Positions 1-12,834 of a stretch of DNA of 64,000 nt are shown here, piece after piece (positions within the stretch are counted from its first letter, which is position 1; every line of letters begins with the position of its first letter). Source of the DNA: Cirrosporium novae-zelandiae (taxonomy: Eukaryota); contig JAPETS010000002.1 of NCBI GenBank assembly GCA_026023565.1, positions 1,364,001 to 1,428,000 of the forward strand. Reading direction: 5' to 3'. Under the pieces are notes generated by a model. The model ran no database searches and was not told the origin of the DNA. It saw only the letters and a list, made by a program, of their open reading frames with translations. Made by a program: the position numbers and the translations under genes.

Positions 1-1015
1 GCTTCATCAACTCAACCGCAGAGTCATCTGCCGTGAGCAGTCGCCCGCGTTGTGCTGGATCCCGGACAACAACTTCTCCACCTAACATTTTGTTTCCTCG
101 AACTAGGTTCCAGACGGATGATTCTCTCAGGATATTCCGCTCTCGGGCTGTAAGAACATTATGAAGAAGCTGCCTTCTTGAAAGGTCCAAAGTTTGAATG
201 AGATCAGAAACTCGATTGATAACAGAATATTGTCGACTTAGGAGCAACTCGTGTAGGTGTTTGGAGTACCATTCTCGAAGGCATGATGCTATTTCGTCCA
301 CCAGGGGTTCGGAGGTTGATGTTGGGGTCTCGTCCCCGATCTTTAACATAGGCACCGGCGCAGGAGGCTTAGGGGCATTTGGATCCCGAGGACTCATGGA
401 CACTGGCGTCAACGGTAACGCGGTCAGCACCGTCTTCTGTGATATGGCGGAGCGGCGTGAGACATGGCTTTGTCGCTTTTCCTCTTCTGACCTGGTCAGG
501 GATTCCCATCGACCGGATTTACTTTCAGATCTTGAACTAGAAGGCCTCTGCTGTTTGGAGGATGGCCTTCTTATCAGAGAGCATGTCCTACTGGTATTTG
601 GTCGAACCTCCTGACTATCTCGAATACTGAGACTTCCCGAAGCGGGGGAGGCCAGTATCCCATTGATGAATCCATTTTCAAGACCACTGAAAAAATCTCC
701 ACTCTGTTGTACACTTGTACGAGCTGGTGTTTGCGGCGCAGCTTCTCCGAGGATTTCTCGAACCTCCACGCAACATCTTGGAAAAATGCCGGAAAATACT
801 CTTGCTTCAAGAGTCTGCCCCTTTGTGGTCGTCAATCCCGCCAACAATGACGGCTGAGCGACTAGATATCCACGATACCACGAACCATCAGCACCACCCT
901 GCTCAATTATATAAAGTTCGTCGCCAAGCTCTAGGGGAAGGTCAGCAGGCGACGAAGGTTGAAAAGGGTAGATGGCAACAGCGAAGGCTATTCGCGGCAA
1001 TGGCCGCCAGGGCAT
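1..1015 (-). CDS. DOCK-family (dedicator of cytokinesis, Dck1-like) Rho/Rac GEF, N-terminal SH3 region; runs off the window start
   Basis: Manual translation from ATG 1015: MPWRPLPRIAFAVAIYPFQPSSPADLPLELGDELYIIEQGGADGSWYRGY...FSGIFPRCCV (SH3) ...EPLVDEIASCLREW...LDLSRRQLLHNVLT. Absent from the ORF track because no stop lies within the window. Confidence 0.85.
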   Translation of the reverse strand, partial: MPWRPLPRIAFAVAIYPFQPSSPADLPLELGDELYIIEQGGADGSWYRGYLVAQPSLLAGLTTTKGQTLEARVFSGIFPRCCVEVREILGEAAPQTPARTSVQQSGDFFSGLENGFINGILASPASGSLSIRDSQEVRPNTSRTCSLIRRPSSKQQRPSSSRSESKSGRWESLTRSEEEKRQSHVSRRSAISQKTVLTALPLTPVSMSPRDPNAPKPPAPVPMLKIGDETPTSTSEPLVDEIASCLREWYSKHLHELLLSRQYSVINRVSDLIQTLDLSRRQLLHNVLTARERNILRESSVWNLVRGNKMLGGEVVVRDPAQRGRLLTADDSAVELMK

Positions 1016-2217
1016 TATTGTAGGTCGGAACGAATAGATCCGGATGGATTGCAAGCGGTGTTTCGAATTATAATTCTGTCGTGAAGGGCGTAAGTCAGGG
1101 AAGGGTGTATGTGTGGTTGCAATAGGTACATGAACGAGAGAATGTTCTAAATTGATATTTTTTTTCAAAGTTAGCTGAGGTGTGTAGAAGATGTGGTGAA
1201 AAATAAGGTAGTATTTGCTAAAGTAAAGTAAATGCAAATGCGATAGTCATTCATTGGGGTTTGGATCTAGCCTTACAGCTGGTGAGACAATGGGAGGGAC
1301 TGTAATTCGGAGAGCGGATGGGGGGGGGGCTCGAGGGGGATGGCAAAAGACTGACCTAAGAGGTCATTGAGGGTATATGAAAGGGAGGATCGCAAGTAGA
1401 TGAATTAGGCAAAAAATAGAGAATAATACCAAGGATATACAGCGATGAAAAGCTGAAGATTCCGTGGAAACATGGTGGGCAGGAATAATCTCTCTATTCG
1501 AATCTTGAATTGATACGGGGTGGTGTCGCGATGCACCCGATGCTCCTGAAGCGGATCCATGACTGGGCCGCTGCCAAAAAACTTTTACCGGGCAATATTG
1601 AACCACTTCAGACCAATTGACGGTCCAAGCTCTCCAACAGCTCCAGCTGGACTTTGCTGGACTTTACTCACGGCTACCTGGAGTGTCAGCCTCAATCTCA
1701 AACTCAGGGGAAATCTTTAACCACTAAGGCAACTTTGGGCGATTTTAATCACTAAAACTTCCCCTTGGTTCAACTACACATCATTACTTTAAATATTGAA
1801 ATTGCTAGTTAATCATTTCTTCTTTTTCTTCTTTTGCCTTCTTCTGACTTGGGACGCATGGACTTTTGAACCCTTTGAGCCCGCCAACTTGCTCAGAGAT
1901 TCCTAATATATCATGGTCAAATATACCACGTCATTAATCCACTTGTCTAGAATATTTCAAACTCTGAACAATCTTCCGGAATGCAGAACGCAGGTCCATA
2001 AGACAACTGATAGACTTGCAGATGCAGACATGGAGTAAAGAGTAATCCATCAAGCCCAACCAAAAACCCTCCCTTTAATTCCCATGTCGGTTCCTGAAAA
2101 TCCACCCCGGCACCAATCATGCATGCATCCTATCATTCCAATACTATGGATATTATCAAGGTATCGGGGTACTAGTAACATAAATTGGCCTTGGTGGGCC
2201 AAATGCTAAGCCTATTT

Positions 2218-2707
2218 TTATGGCAGGTTGCCTCGTCCACTTCGATCAACAGAAGTTGTCCACATCAGATCGGCTTTCCGTTGAACCCATTGCCTAAACT
2301 AAAATGGCATCCTATATTAGACGTATGGCTCACCGACTACCAAACATGGGTAAAATACCGTATTGAAAGGTTGATTCTTCCCCCTATCACTATCCATGAA
2401 AAAGATGGCCCAGAATACAACACCTGTAGAGATGATCAGCACCGGTTATGGAGATCTCTGCTCTTCTGGTCGACCTACCGCTTATCGAAATCCATTGGGC
2501 CATTCTCATAGTCTTATTCCAATTCTCATTTGTATACTTCAGCTTAGCTCTTCTGCGATACTTTTTTTCAAGACGAAATTGATGTTTATGAGATAGGCGT
2601 TGGAGGTCGGGAGGCCATTCCTTCTTGGCTTTGTATGGATTCGTATATATGTTGAAACGCGGTGGCTTGGAGGAAGCAACAGCCCTTCGTAACTGTGAAG
2701 GAAACAT
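2218..2707 (-). CDS. Small hypothetical protein, 3 exons, probably a mitochondrial membrane protein
   Basis: ORF 2390-2707 has a basic presequence-like N-terminus. GT-AG splicing adds VVFWAIFFMD...QPFNT and FRQWVQRK...LP* (TAA 2218-2220). One hydrophobic segment. Confidence 0.65.
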
Positions 2708-3266
2708 TGTTGGAAAGAGTGGCGAGTTGGTTGTTAATGTTCAGATATCTTAAATCTTCATCCTACAAGGAATGGAGAAGCATGGAATCCAAAGTCTGGG
2801 GAGAGGCCCCGGTTCTTTGGCCGGTGATTTGAACGATTTAGCCTAACGACTTTGGGTGAAGGTACAGCCCTAAGATTTTGGAAAATAAGCAGTTAATTAG
2901 CAGCTTCAGCAGTGTTTCAAGTTGAAAAAAATACCCAGGTACCTAGGTAGTTAAGTATAAATCTGATAATAATATATTAATCCTGTTGATGCCGTTGCAA
3001 GTGGACCCATATCGGATTAACCAACAAACTACTGTCCTGAATACTTTGGAGTTGCTTTCTGACGTGGGGTTCAGATTCGTTAAGATTCGAGGGGCACTAA
3101 TTTTTACCGCCTTTGAAAACTGCCACACTCTGACACGCCATTTTGTGGTTGACTCAGAGGGGTAAAGTTCCCTACTGTGTAGGCCAAGGCATTTATCACT
3201 TATCAGCTCTGAAGGATTCTGTTTCATAAACCTGATTGAAACATTTTCGACCCTCTTTTGATCGAA

Positions 3267-6200
3267 ATGGCTGCTGCCAATGGCCTCGCCGCTGAATTGC
3301 ATCCGGATCATGGATCAAAAAATACTCTGAAACTAGAAAATGTAAGGTTTATTGCCTGGCCTGGTTTGTTTGTCCCACCACTGATTGTGTCTAGACCGAG
3401 AAACGAGATGCTCTCATCAAGATTGAGAAGAAATATCAGGCAAAATGGAGAGAAGACCGTATTTTCGAGGTCGATGCGCCTTCCAGCTCCGAGATACCTT
3501 ACGACACAATGCCCGCCGCCGAAATACGAAAAAAGCACCCCAAATTTTTTGGGACCATGGCATATCCTTATATGAATGGTTCTCTTCATGCCGGACATAG
3601 TTTTACAGCGAGTAAGGTGGAGTTCACCACTGGCTTTGCCAGAATGCAAGGGAAGAGGGCTCTTTTCCCTCTTGGATTCCATTGTACTGGTATGCCCATT
3701 AAGGCTTGTGCAGACAAGTTGGTAGAAGATGTTCAAAAGTTTGGCAAGAACTTTGAAAACTACAGCGAAGAGGAGGTTACCGAAACACCTGCTGCGGCTC
3801 CCACACAAGCTCAGACGAAAGAGGACATTACCAAATTCTCTGGAAAGAAGAGCAAGGCGGCTGCCAAAACGGTGAAGATGAAGTATCAATTCCAGATTAT
3901 GATGGCTCTAGGAATTCCAAAGGAAGAGATACACAAGTTCGCGGACGCTAGCCATTGGCTTGAATATTTCCCGCCCCTTTGCATTCAAGACCTCAATGAC
4001 TTTGGTGCCAGAATAGATTGGAGGAGACAGTTTGTTACTACCGATGCAAATCCTTATTATGACGCATTTGTTCGATGGCAAATGAACCGTCTCAAGGATC
4101 TAGGCAAGATTCTATACGGTAACAGATATACGATATACTCTCCAAAAGACGGCCAGCCGTGTATGGATCATGATAGAACAGAAGGCGAAGGAGTCGCACA
4201 AACAGAATATACAGCATTAAAACTTCAGGTCAAGGAGTGGGCGCCAAAGGCTGCGGAATTGATCAAGGGAAAGATTCCTGATTCAGCAAAGGTTTACTTT
4301 GTTCCTGCTACCCTTCGACCCGAGACCATGTATGGCCAGACGTGCTGTTTTGTCGGCCCAAAGATTATATATGGACTTTTCAAAGTGTCTGAAGAAGAGT
4401 ATTTCGTAGTAACCAAGCGTGCAGCATGGAACATGGCATTCCAAGGCCATTTCTTTGATAGCGAGCATTTCCCTCGTGATATCAGCGAACTACCAACTAT
4501 CGTGGAAATCCCAGGCTCTGCATTTATCGGTACTTTGGTTAATGCACCCCTTTCTGTCCATACCCAGGGGGTTAGAATTCTCCCTATGGAGACTGTCTTG
4601 GCAACAAAAGGTACCGGAGTGGTCACGTCGGTCCCATCCGATAGTCCGGATGATTATGCGACTGTCCTCGATCTTGCTAAAAAAGCAGATTACTATGGAA
4701 TTAAAAAAGAATGGGCTGAGCCTGAAGTGATCCCTATTATCGAAACCCCTTCCTATGGCAATCTAACCGCTCCCACTTTGGTAAAGCAAATGAAAATAAA
4801 TTCTCCGAAAGATGCCAATCAACTCGCCCAGGCAAAAGATCTTGCATATTCAGAGGGTTTCTACAAAGGAACAATGCTCATAGGAGAATTCAAAGGTAAG
4901 TCTGTTCAGGAAGCAAAAGATAAGGTGAGGGCAGCCCTTATCGCAAGCGGAGATGCGTTTCCTTTCGCCGATCCGAGTGGACGAGTCGTAAGCCGAAGTG
5001 GTGACGAATGCGTCGTTGCATACTTAGGCCAATGGTTCCTTAATTATGGTGAGAATGATTCTCAATGGCAAAAACAAGTACTCGATTACATCAACGACGG
5101 CCTTGAGACATTCAGTGCAGAAACTCTCCATGGCTTCCAAAAAAACATCGAATGGCTAAATCGATGGGCTTGTGCACGAACGTACGGGCTAGGTTCAAAA
5201 CTTCCATGGGATCAGAAATTCTTGGTTGAAAGTTTGAGCGACAGTACAATATACCAATCCTACTATACAATCGCTCATCTTCTGCATACAGATAGGTATG
5301 GTAAAACTGCAGGACCTCTGGGTGTGAAGCCCGAAAATATGATTGATGAAGTTTGGGACTACATCTACGCGAGGGCAGAACTAAGCGACGAATTGGTTAA
5401 GAAATCTGGCATCAGAAAGGAAGCCCTCCAGGCCATGAGAAGAGAATTTTCCTACTGGTATCCTCTGGATCTTCGAGTTTCTGGAAAGGATCTCATCCAA
5501 AACCATCTTACATTTTGGCTCTATGTCCATCTCGCTTTGTTCCCGAACGAATACTGGCCCAAGGGCGTTCGAGCTAACGGCCATCTGATGTTGAACGGTT
5601 CAAAGATGTCTAAAAGTACCGGTAATTTCCTTACACTTAGTCAAGCAGTCAAAAAGTATGGTGCAGACGCTACTCGGATAGCATTGGCTGATGCCGGAGA
5701 TGGTATTGAGGATGCAAATTTCGATGAAATGACGGCCAACAGCAGCATCCTTAGGCTTTTTACGCTTAAAGAATGGTGCGAAGAGACCATGAAGGATGAT
5801 AACCTTCGAACCGGTCCTGCAGATGTTTTCTGGGATAAACTATTTGATAACGAGATGAATAGTCTGGTTCACCAAGCTAGAGAGCATTATGAAGCGTACG
5901 TATATTTTTCCCCTTCTATGAATAAGGACTGATGAGACATTCAGGACGGATTATAAACTGGCTCTCAAGTCAGCCCTCTACGATTTCAATATTGCACGCG
6001 ATTTTTACCGGGAGGTCACTACAGCTGCGGGGATCGGCATGCATCGAGACATTATCCGACGGTTTATCGAATTGCAAGCTCTTATCGTTACCCCTGTCGC
6101 ACCACATTGGGCAGAGTATATTTGGCTCGAAGTTCTTCAAAAGGTGAGGAGACCCCCTTTTCTTGCCTCACTTGCGCTAATTACTGCAGTCTTCGACCAT

Positions 6201-6810
6201 TCAAAATGAACTTTACCCCAAAGTCCCAGCGGCAGATCCACATCTCACAGCGGCTCGTGAGTATGTCCGGTCAACTTCTTCAGGTATTACTTCGGCCGAG
6301 TCATTACAACAAAAAAGGAAGGCCAAAGGGAAAAGTGTCACCTATGATCCTAAACAACCAAAGAAGATTACTATTTTCGCTGCCGCTAATTACCCTACAT
6401 GGCAAGAGAAATATATCGATCTCGTTCGGGAAGCTTTTGATGGAACTTCATTGAATGATAAAGAACTAAATCCAAGGATTTCCAAGCTAGGGGAGATGAA
6501 GAAGGCCATGCCATTCGTCCAGAGTCTCAAGAAGAGGCTCTATGCGGGCGAGAAGCCTTCCGTTGTCTTTGATAGAAAACTTGCTTTTGACGAAGTAGCA
6601 ACGCTAAAAGAAATGGCCGCTGGTCTAAAGAGAACAACAGGCTGCAAGGCCATTGACATAATCTCTGTTGAGGAAGGGGGGAAAACAGGAACTGTGGTTT
6701 CGGGCGAAGGAGAAGGCCAGAGGAGAGAGGGTCTGCCTCAAATGGCAGAAGGTGCCTTACCTGGACAGCCAACCTATAACTTTGAAAATGTGGCAACGGA
6801 AAAGAACTAG
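3267..6810 (+). CDS. CDC60: Cytosolic leucyl-tRNA synthetase (3 introns)
   Basis: YPYMNGSLHAGH (HIGH-like), ATLRPET, GTGVVTSVPSDSPDD editing domain, KMSKS. Introns near 3342-3393, 5896-5945 and 6144-6190 join the ORF pieces. Confidence 0.97.
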
Positions 6811-7183
6811 ATGGCTATAAAAAATGTCGGATTATGACCATTGCTATGATAGAAAAGATGACATTATGAATGATTTTCAAACAGGAATGAATATTCCAAT
6901 ATTTGAACCATCTGGCTATTACCATATACCCGGTAGACCTGGAAACAAACCGAGCCAATAACCCTAGGTGTCCAGTTAAGCAGTCTCAATTACCAGTCGA
7001 GAATTCTGAGTCGTTTATTCGTATAGGCTTCCATAGCATGGCTTCTAACCTTGATTAGGCCCCCGAACTTGTATCCTAGATGCATTCCTGGGCCATACCC
7101 ATAGGTCTTTGAAGACCGTCCAATTTATGAATATCCATCATGTCTTGTAATATAATAAACTTTAAACAGATGATATCTGCACA

Positions 7184-7853
7184 TCATCGACCACTCCATA
7201 CCATGTCACCAGCCCTAAACCCTGCTCCAAATCCAGAACCACCTCGCCCTTCATTTACCGGTCTCTTGCTCACCCTCTCCTGAGCCCTAACCCCCTCAAC
7301 AATTCTATCCAAGGCAGTCTCTATCACCACTCCTCCAACAATCATCTCGCCGAGAGTAGCATGTAAAGTTTCAAAGTTAAATATCAAGTCTAATTCACAG
7401 ACATTGTCGAAAAGGCGATCTAGGGATTCGACGAATACTTGGATGAGGTCGAGAAGGGCAAGAGGGGACTCGGTCGATGTACTGATTACAATAAAGTAAA
7501 GGGTTGCGTAATGGCGGTATGTTATTAGGGAAGGAGTATCGCTATATAATTCGGTGGGGGATGATGGCTTTGATGATGAGGCTAGGAGAGGAGGTAGCCT
7601 GGGTGGGTAAATAATCATCCATTATGATGCTAGGAATCGAAGGAGTCGTACGGAAGAAAGTTACAGGCGGAGTTGGGTCTGTTGGAAACAAGGGTAAATA
7701 TCTCTGAGATGAGGCGTTGCTGGACGCTCGTGTCCTAGATGACTTTAGCTTTGTGATACTTGAGGTTGGGATCTGTAAGTATACTAGCTGGGTATAGAAC
7801 TTGGTCAGCCGTGGCTGGCCTGAGTTATTGAAGACGAGCACAGCACTGATCAT
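7184..7853 (-). CDS. APS3: AP-3 adaptor complex sigma subunit
   Basis: MISAVLVFNNSGQPRLTKFY; YRHYATLYF; ESPLALLDLIQVFVESLDRLFDNVCELDLIFNF; 2 introns. Confidence 0.92.
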
Positions 7854-8180
7854 TCTGGTTATTGCCGAGATGTTATCGAAGTAGCATGGTTAATATAGAA
7901 AGCGTTCTGTCTTTGGAGTTGGTGGGGCTGCTGGGTTTTGAGTTCAAGCTCTCTGGATTTCCATTTAAATCCCTGCAGACATGAGCGGGGTCCAAGCTTC
8001 CTGCCCACGCTGCCATCCAGGAACATTATATTTACAATCCAATTCAAACCCTCACATCATACCTTATCAGTTGATCTTTCAGAAGGCAAATAACCAGTTT
8101 ATCCAGTCTCAATTGATGCAATTAGGTGAAATAACTAAAGCAGCCTAATCTTTAGTTGAGCGTATCTCATTCTTCTCACC

Positions 8181-9140
8181 ATGCAGAGTCAACGAGCTCT
8201 CGTTCCCGCACTACAAGCTATCCGAAGCTCCCCGCGCTGTACTTCGTCACGGTTATTGAATCTATCCGCAAGGTTCAATCCTACGGTCAATGTAACCACT
8301 AGATGTCTATATTCGCATAATGTTTCATTCTTTAAGAGTACGCGATCGCTTTATACCTCTTCTTCGTCCTCCAAAGGCATATCCCCTGATGATCCTGATA
8401 AACATAATCATGTCGGCTTCCACGTCGCGGAACCCGCAGATATCGACATGGCATATTATCATGAACAAGCAGATGATTTTCTCGAGAGGTTAATATCTTG
8501 TCTCGAGGAGATACAAGAGGAGGATGAAGAGGTGGATGTGGAATATAGCGTAAGCAGCCACTTTCTTAGAACATGATGGTCTAAGACGTTCTTCTTTCTG
8601 CATATAACCCCCAAATGATTTCAATCCATCACATACGACCACAGGCTCAAGAGAATTGGGCATCCCGTCCGCTCTGCCATACACAACCTTGAGACCGATG
8701 GATTAGTAGTTGGGTCGGTGACGACCAGCGAATACCCATTGTTGTATGTTTTTTTTTTGTTTTGGGTTGTGAATTCGTGTTCATATTTATCGATTTTGCT
8801 TCTGCTGTGCTTAGTTTTACACGTTGATATATTTATATTAACTTCTCCATTACCTTACATCTCTCACTAATATCATGTTCCTGCTTAGGCTGGAGTTGCC
8901 ACTATAGTATTTCCACCAAATGGCACATACGTCCTGAATAAGCAGCCGCATAATAAGCAGATATGGCTGAGCTCACCGATATCAGGCCCGAAGCGATATG
9001 ACTGGGTAATGACGGGAGACTCGATGCAACAGAAAGAGGATTCGGAAGAATCTGTGGGTGACTGGATATATCTTAGAGATGGAAGCACGCTGAAGGACCT
9101 GCTGCGGAGAGAACTTGGCGTTGACGTGGAAGATATCTAG
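8181..9140 (+). CDS. YFH1: Frataxin (mitochondrial iron chaperone), 2 exons
   Basis: Exon 1 has a mitochondrial presequence and acidic helix ending DVEYS. Intron 8550-8888. Exon 2 reads [39 protein letters not shown]...[13 protein letters not shown] at 9138-9140. Confidence 0.95.
8631..8749 (+). rRNA. 5S rRNA gene (119 nt) inside the frataxin intron
   Basis: ACATACGACC...CCCGTCCGCTC...TTAGTAGTTGGGTCGGTGACGACCAGCGAAT...GTTGTATGT matches the Pezizomycotina 5S pattern. The ends pair (helix I), TATAA lies about 28 nt upstream, and a T-run follows immediately. Confidence 0.95.
8749..8758 (+). terminator. Pol III oligo-T terminator of the 5S gene
   Basis: Run of about 10 T directly after GTTGTATG. 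Confidence 0.85.
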
Positions 9141-10161
9141 CTTTCTTGGCCTAAGTAGCTTAGTGGTTACCGTTGATTGCAGTGGATACAGAATTATCAT
9201 GAGGTAGACCGGCTGTTCTACACAGTAATGTTCGGGGCTGTGCTGTACGTCTAATTAGGCTTATATGTATATTGTTATCCTCCATTCCTCGGTGTTTCGG
9301 ATTTGACGGGAGAATTATACAGTACTGTACCATCTTAAGATTAGGCAGAAGCTTTCTACATGAATAAACTATAAGGGACTCGGGGGCAATGATGTCTATA
9401 CTCTGGAGTCTTACAGAATGAAATAAAATAATCAAATTCTGACCCAGCGGACAATTCCAAACCTTCAAAGTGTCAAAGAGCTCAAGCTTGGAAGCTTGGA
9501 ATGCACGTGCAGGGGTTTGGCATTGGCGATGAGCCTTGGTAAGTTGCAAGTCGTCTACTAAACTCGACGTCAGCAGCGGCCCAACTTCATCGTTCTCCGT
9601 ACCTATTCCTAGCTTTTTCATCTACCTTGAGGTAAACTAAACACGTCTTTGAAAAAGGCGCAAATATAACCTCATCGAGACCCTGATTCATCTTGATTTC
9701 TCAACCCACTCATCATCGCCGCCGACCGCGGATTTACTCTTTGCTTGGTGCTTGGCCTGACACTTGAATACATTCCACTGCTAAGCCACGACCGCCAATC
9801 CCGGAGTACAGCGTCATTTCTATCAAATACACTTCCTTGTTCAACCCATTGCCATCAGAGCTTTCCTTTACTACCATTTCACCACCCATAGCTACTCAGA
9901 TCTCCTTTGCGACGAGAAATTTGACAATTACCGCATCGTGAATCAACAAAACCCCTCGAGCGAACTGTTCCATAGGTCGCATGTGCAAAAGGCCCCAGCG
10001 CGCCGATTGCAATCTCCCGGCACCCCGCATTCACTTGGAGTAAAGCCGCCAAAGGTATTAGGAGCGAGCTTCTCTACCCCTTCTACATCATTCGTTTGTC
10101 TTTTCGAGACAATTTCAAAAAACCCCCAAATCCAAGGCTCGTGTGAACGATATAAGTCATA

Positions 10162-12084
10162 ATGTCCAAAGTAGTAAGGAGCGTGAAAAATGTCACCAAA
10201 GGCTATTCTACAGTTCAGATCAAGGTTCGAAATGGTAGGCCTAATGCGATTCTGCTTTGCTGAAATAAATTAACCCGCCGTGTAGCTACCAGCAACGATG
10301 CCTGGGGACCAACTGGGACCGAGATGAGCGAGATAGCGCAACTCTCATTCAACAAGTATGCTCTTCCATGTACTAGTCAAGGCCTTACTGACTCGATATA
10401 GTTCCAATGATTTCCATGAGATTATGGACATGCTGGACAAGAGACTTAATGATAAGGGAAAGAACTGGCGTCATGTCCTGAAGTCATTGAAAGTGTTAGA
10501 TTATTGTCTCCACGAAGGATCAGAAATGGTTGTTACATGGGCTAGAAAGAACATCTACATTGTCAAGACCTTACGAGAGTTTCAATACATTGATGAGGAT
10601 GGTCGAGATGTTGGGCAAAATGGTTAGTAAAGGTTTCAACCGCCGCCTTGAGGGAGTTCTAGGCTAATTAAACGATAGTACGAGTCTCCGCGAAAGAACT
10701 TACGGCTTTGATTCAAGATGAAGATCGACTACGGAGTGAACGTACAGATAGAAGAGCTTGGAAGTCGCGAGTTACGGGCATCGATGGCATAGGCGACTAT
10801 GATGTTAACTCGCAACCCCGCCGAAAGCCAGAGAGACGTAAATACAACGAGGAAGATGATACCGAGTATCGACTAGCTATAGAGGCTAGTAAAAACCAAG
10901 CGGAGGAGGACAAAAGGAAGAGAGACCTGGAGGCTCGTGGCGGAGAAGACGATGATGATCTTGCCAAGGCAATCAAGTTAAGCAAGGAAGAGGAAGAATT
11001 GCGACGAAGAGAACTGGAAGAAAGCAATGCTTCATCTCTGTTTGACGACAACTTTACTCAACCACAACCCACGGGAAACAACCAAGGATATCAGCAGCAA
11101 CCAGCAGTGGATTGGTTTGGGAATCCTATCGACCAGCAACAACCACAGTCGACAGGCTATCTGAACAACCAATATTCTCAGCCAACAGGTTTCCAGACCC
11201 AGCCCACGGGCTTCCAAAATGGGTTTAATACCGGGTTCCAGACCCAGCCAACCGGCTTTGATCAATCCCAATTCCAGCAACAGCAGCAACCAAATTACCT
11301 TCAGGCACAGAATACTCTTCAACCGCAGAGCACTATTCAACCACAAACAACCGCCTTTGGCACCTACAATCCATATGCTCAGCAACCGAATGGTTTTGGC
11401 GATCAAGCCCAGCAACAGCAACCACAGCAGCCGCAGCAGGCACAATCTTTCCTTCAAGCTGGTTCTAACAACCCGTGGGCAACACCATCGACAGGCCAAC
11501 CTGATTCCCTCAAACCTGCTCCTACCGGTTCCAACAATCCCTTTGCAACTTTCAATCGTAACCAGTTCCAAACCCAGCAACCTGGTCCCCCCACACTCGC
11601 TTCGCTTCAAGAACAAAAAACGGCCACCCAATACACACCTTCCTCAAACAATCCTATTTTCAACTACCAGCCTCCACAGCAACAACAGATCCAGCAACAG
11701 CAGCCCCAGCAACAGCAGCCCCAGCAACAGCAGCTCCAGCAACAGCAACAGCAACAACAACAAAATCTCGATCCACATCATGCCCGTCTCAATGCTCTCC
11801 TGGCTTCCGGCGAAGGCCAAGACACATTTGGCAATGTGGGCGATCTCCGTATTCCTTCTCAGCACACCGCACCAGGTACATTTGTCAATTCAGCGGGCCA
11901 GGGACTCGGAAGACTACCAGCAAATGCCACAGGCACAAATCCATTCTTTGGACAAAGCTTTACGGGAATGGGTAGAGGAATGGTGCCTGCGCAGACGGGA
12001 CCTGTGGGTTACGGGGGAAACAGTAATCCTTTTGGACAGAGAACGGCGAGTCAGCCTGCTAGTGGGAGTTTGATTGATTTGTAG
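10162..12084 (+). CDS. Epsin (Ent1/Ent2-like): ENTH domain, 2 UIMs, NPF motifs, polyQ
   Basis: MSKVVRSVKNVTKGYS...ATSNDAWGPTG; KNWRHVLKSLKVLDY; UIMs LAIEASK and LAKAIKLSK; several NPF motifs; C-terminal clathrin box SLIDL; 3 introns. Confidence 0.95.
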
Positions 12085-12834
12085 GTTTAGAGATGGAGAT
12101 GGGGATCGGAATGGAAATGAGGATGGTTACGGAGATGGAGGAAGTCATAAGTCATTATAAGCCAAGCATGGAAGCAAGCCGTCAAGCAATCAATTCAACA
12201 GGAAAGAAATTATTAAAAAAAGAGTGATTCATGTGGCTAATAATGCAATCCTACAACCCCGTCCGTGTGTGTGTATTTTTTTTTCTGTGTCTCTGTGTGT
12301 CTATGAAACAATTCATTCTGGTTAGGTTAGGTTATTCTTAGCTCTTGACTCTTGACTCTAGGGGGCTAGGGGAGGAGTAGGGTAGGGAGAGGAGGGGAAG
12401 GGAATAAATTATACTATACTATTCTATGCCTATATTATGTTACATTGTGTTTGTGTTTATACCACATGTATGTAGGGGGCGGAGAGGGATGAAGGGGGAG
12501 TGGAGAGGGGGGTGGGGCTATCAGGGTGAAATGGAAATGGAGATGGAGATGGAGATGGAGATGGATGATGGGATAGACTGGCTGGAACTGACCGAGGAAG
12601 AAAAGAACCTGTGCTATACTGTTATGTTTATACCGCGTGGGAATGGGCGAATGGGCGAATGGGCGAATGGGCAACTTGCTCAATTTTATATTTCTTTCAA
12701 TTTTTACCTCGTTTATCTACCTCGTTTGTTTTTTTTTTTTTTTTTTTTTTTGGATGGAGATTGAGATTATAGATGGCTGGCGTACTGTGTGGTAGGTGTA
12801 GTTGAGGAGGGTGAGGGTGAGGGTTGAGGGTTGA

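Noticed and set aside
198..1023. Plus-strand ORFs of 64-138 aa
   Set aside because: Antisense shadows of the DOCK gene on the minus strand.
11032..12073. Long alternative-frame (284 aa) and antisense ORFs over epsin
   Set aside because: Shadows of CAG/CAA-rich polyQ coding sequence, which lacks stops in other frames.
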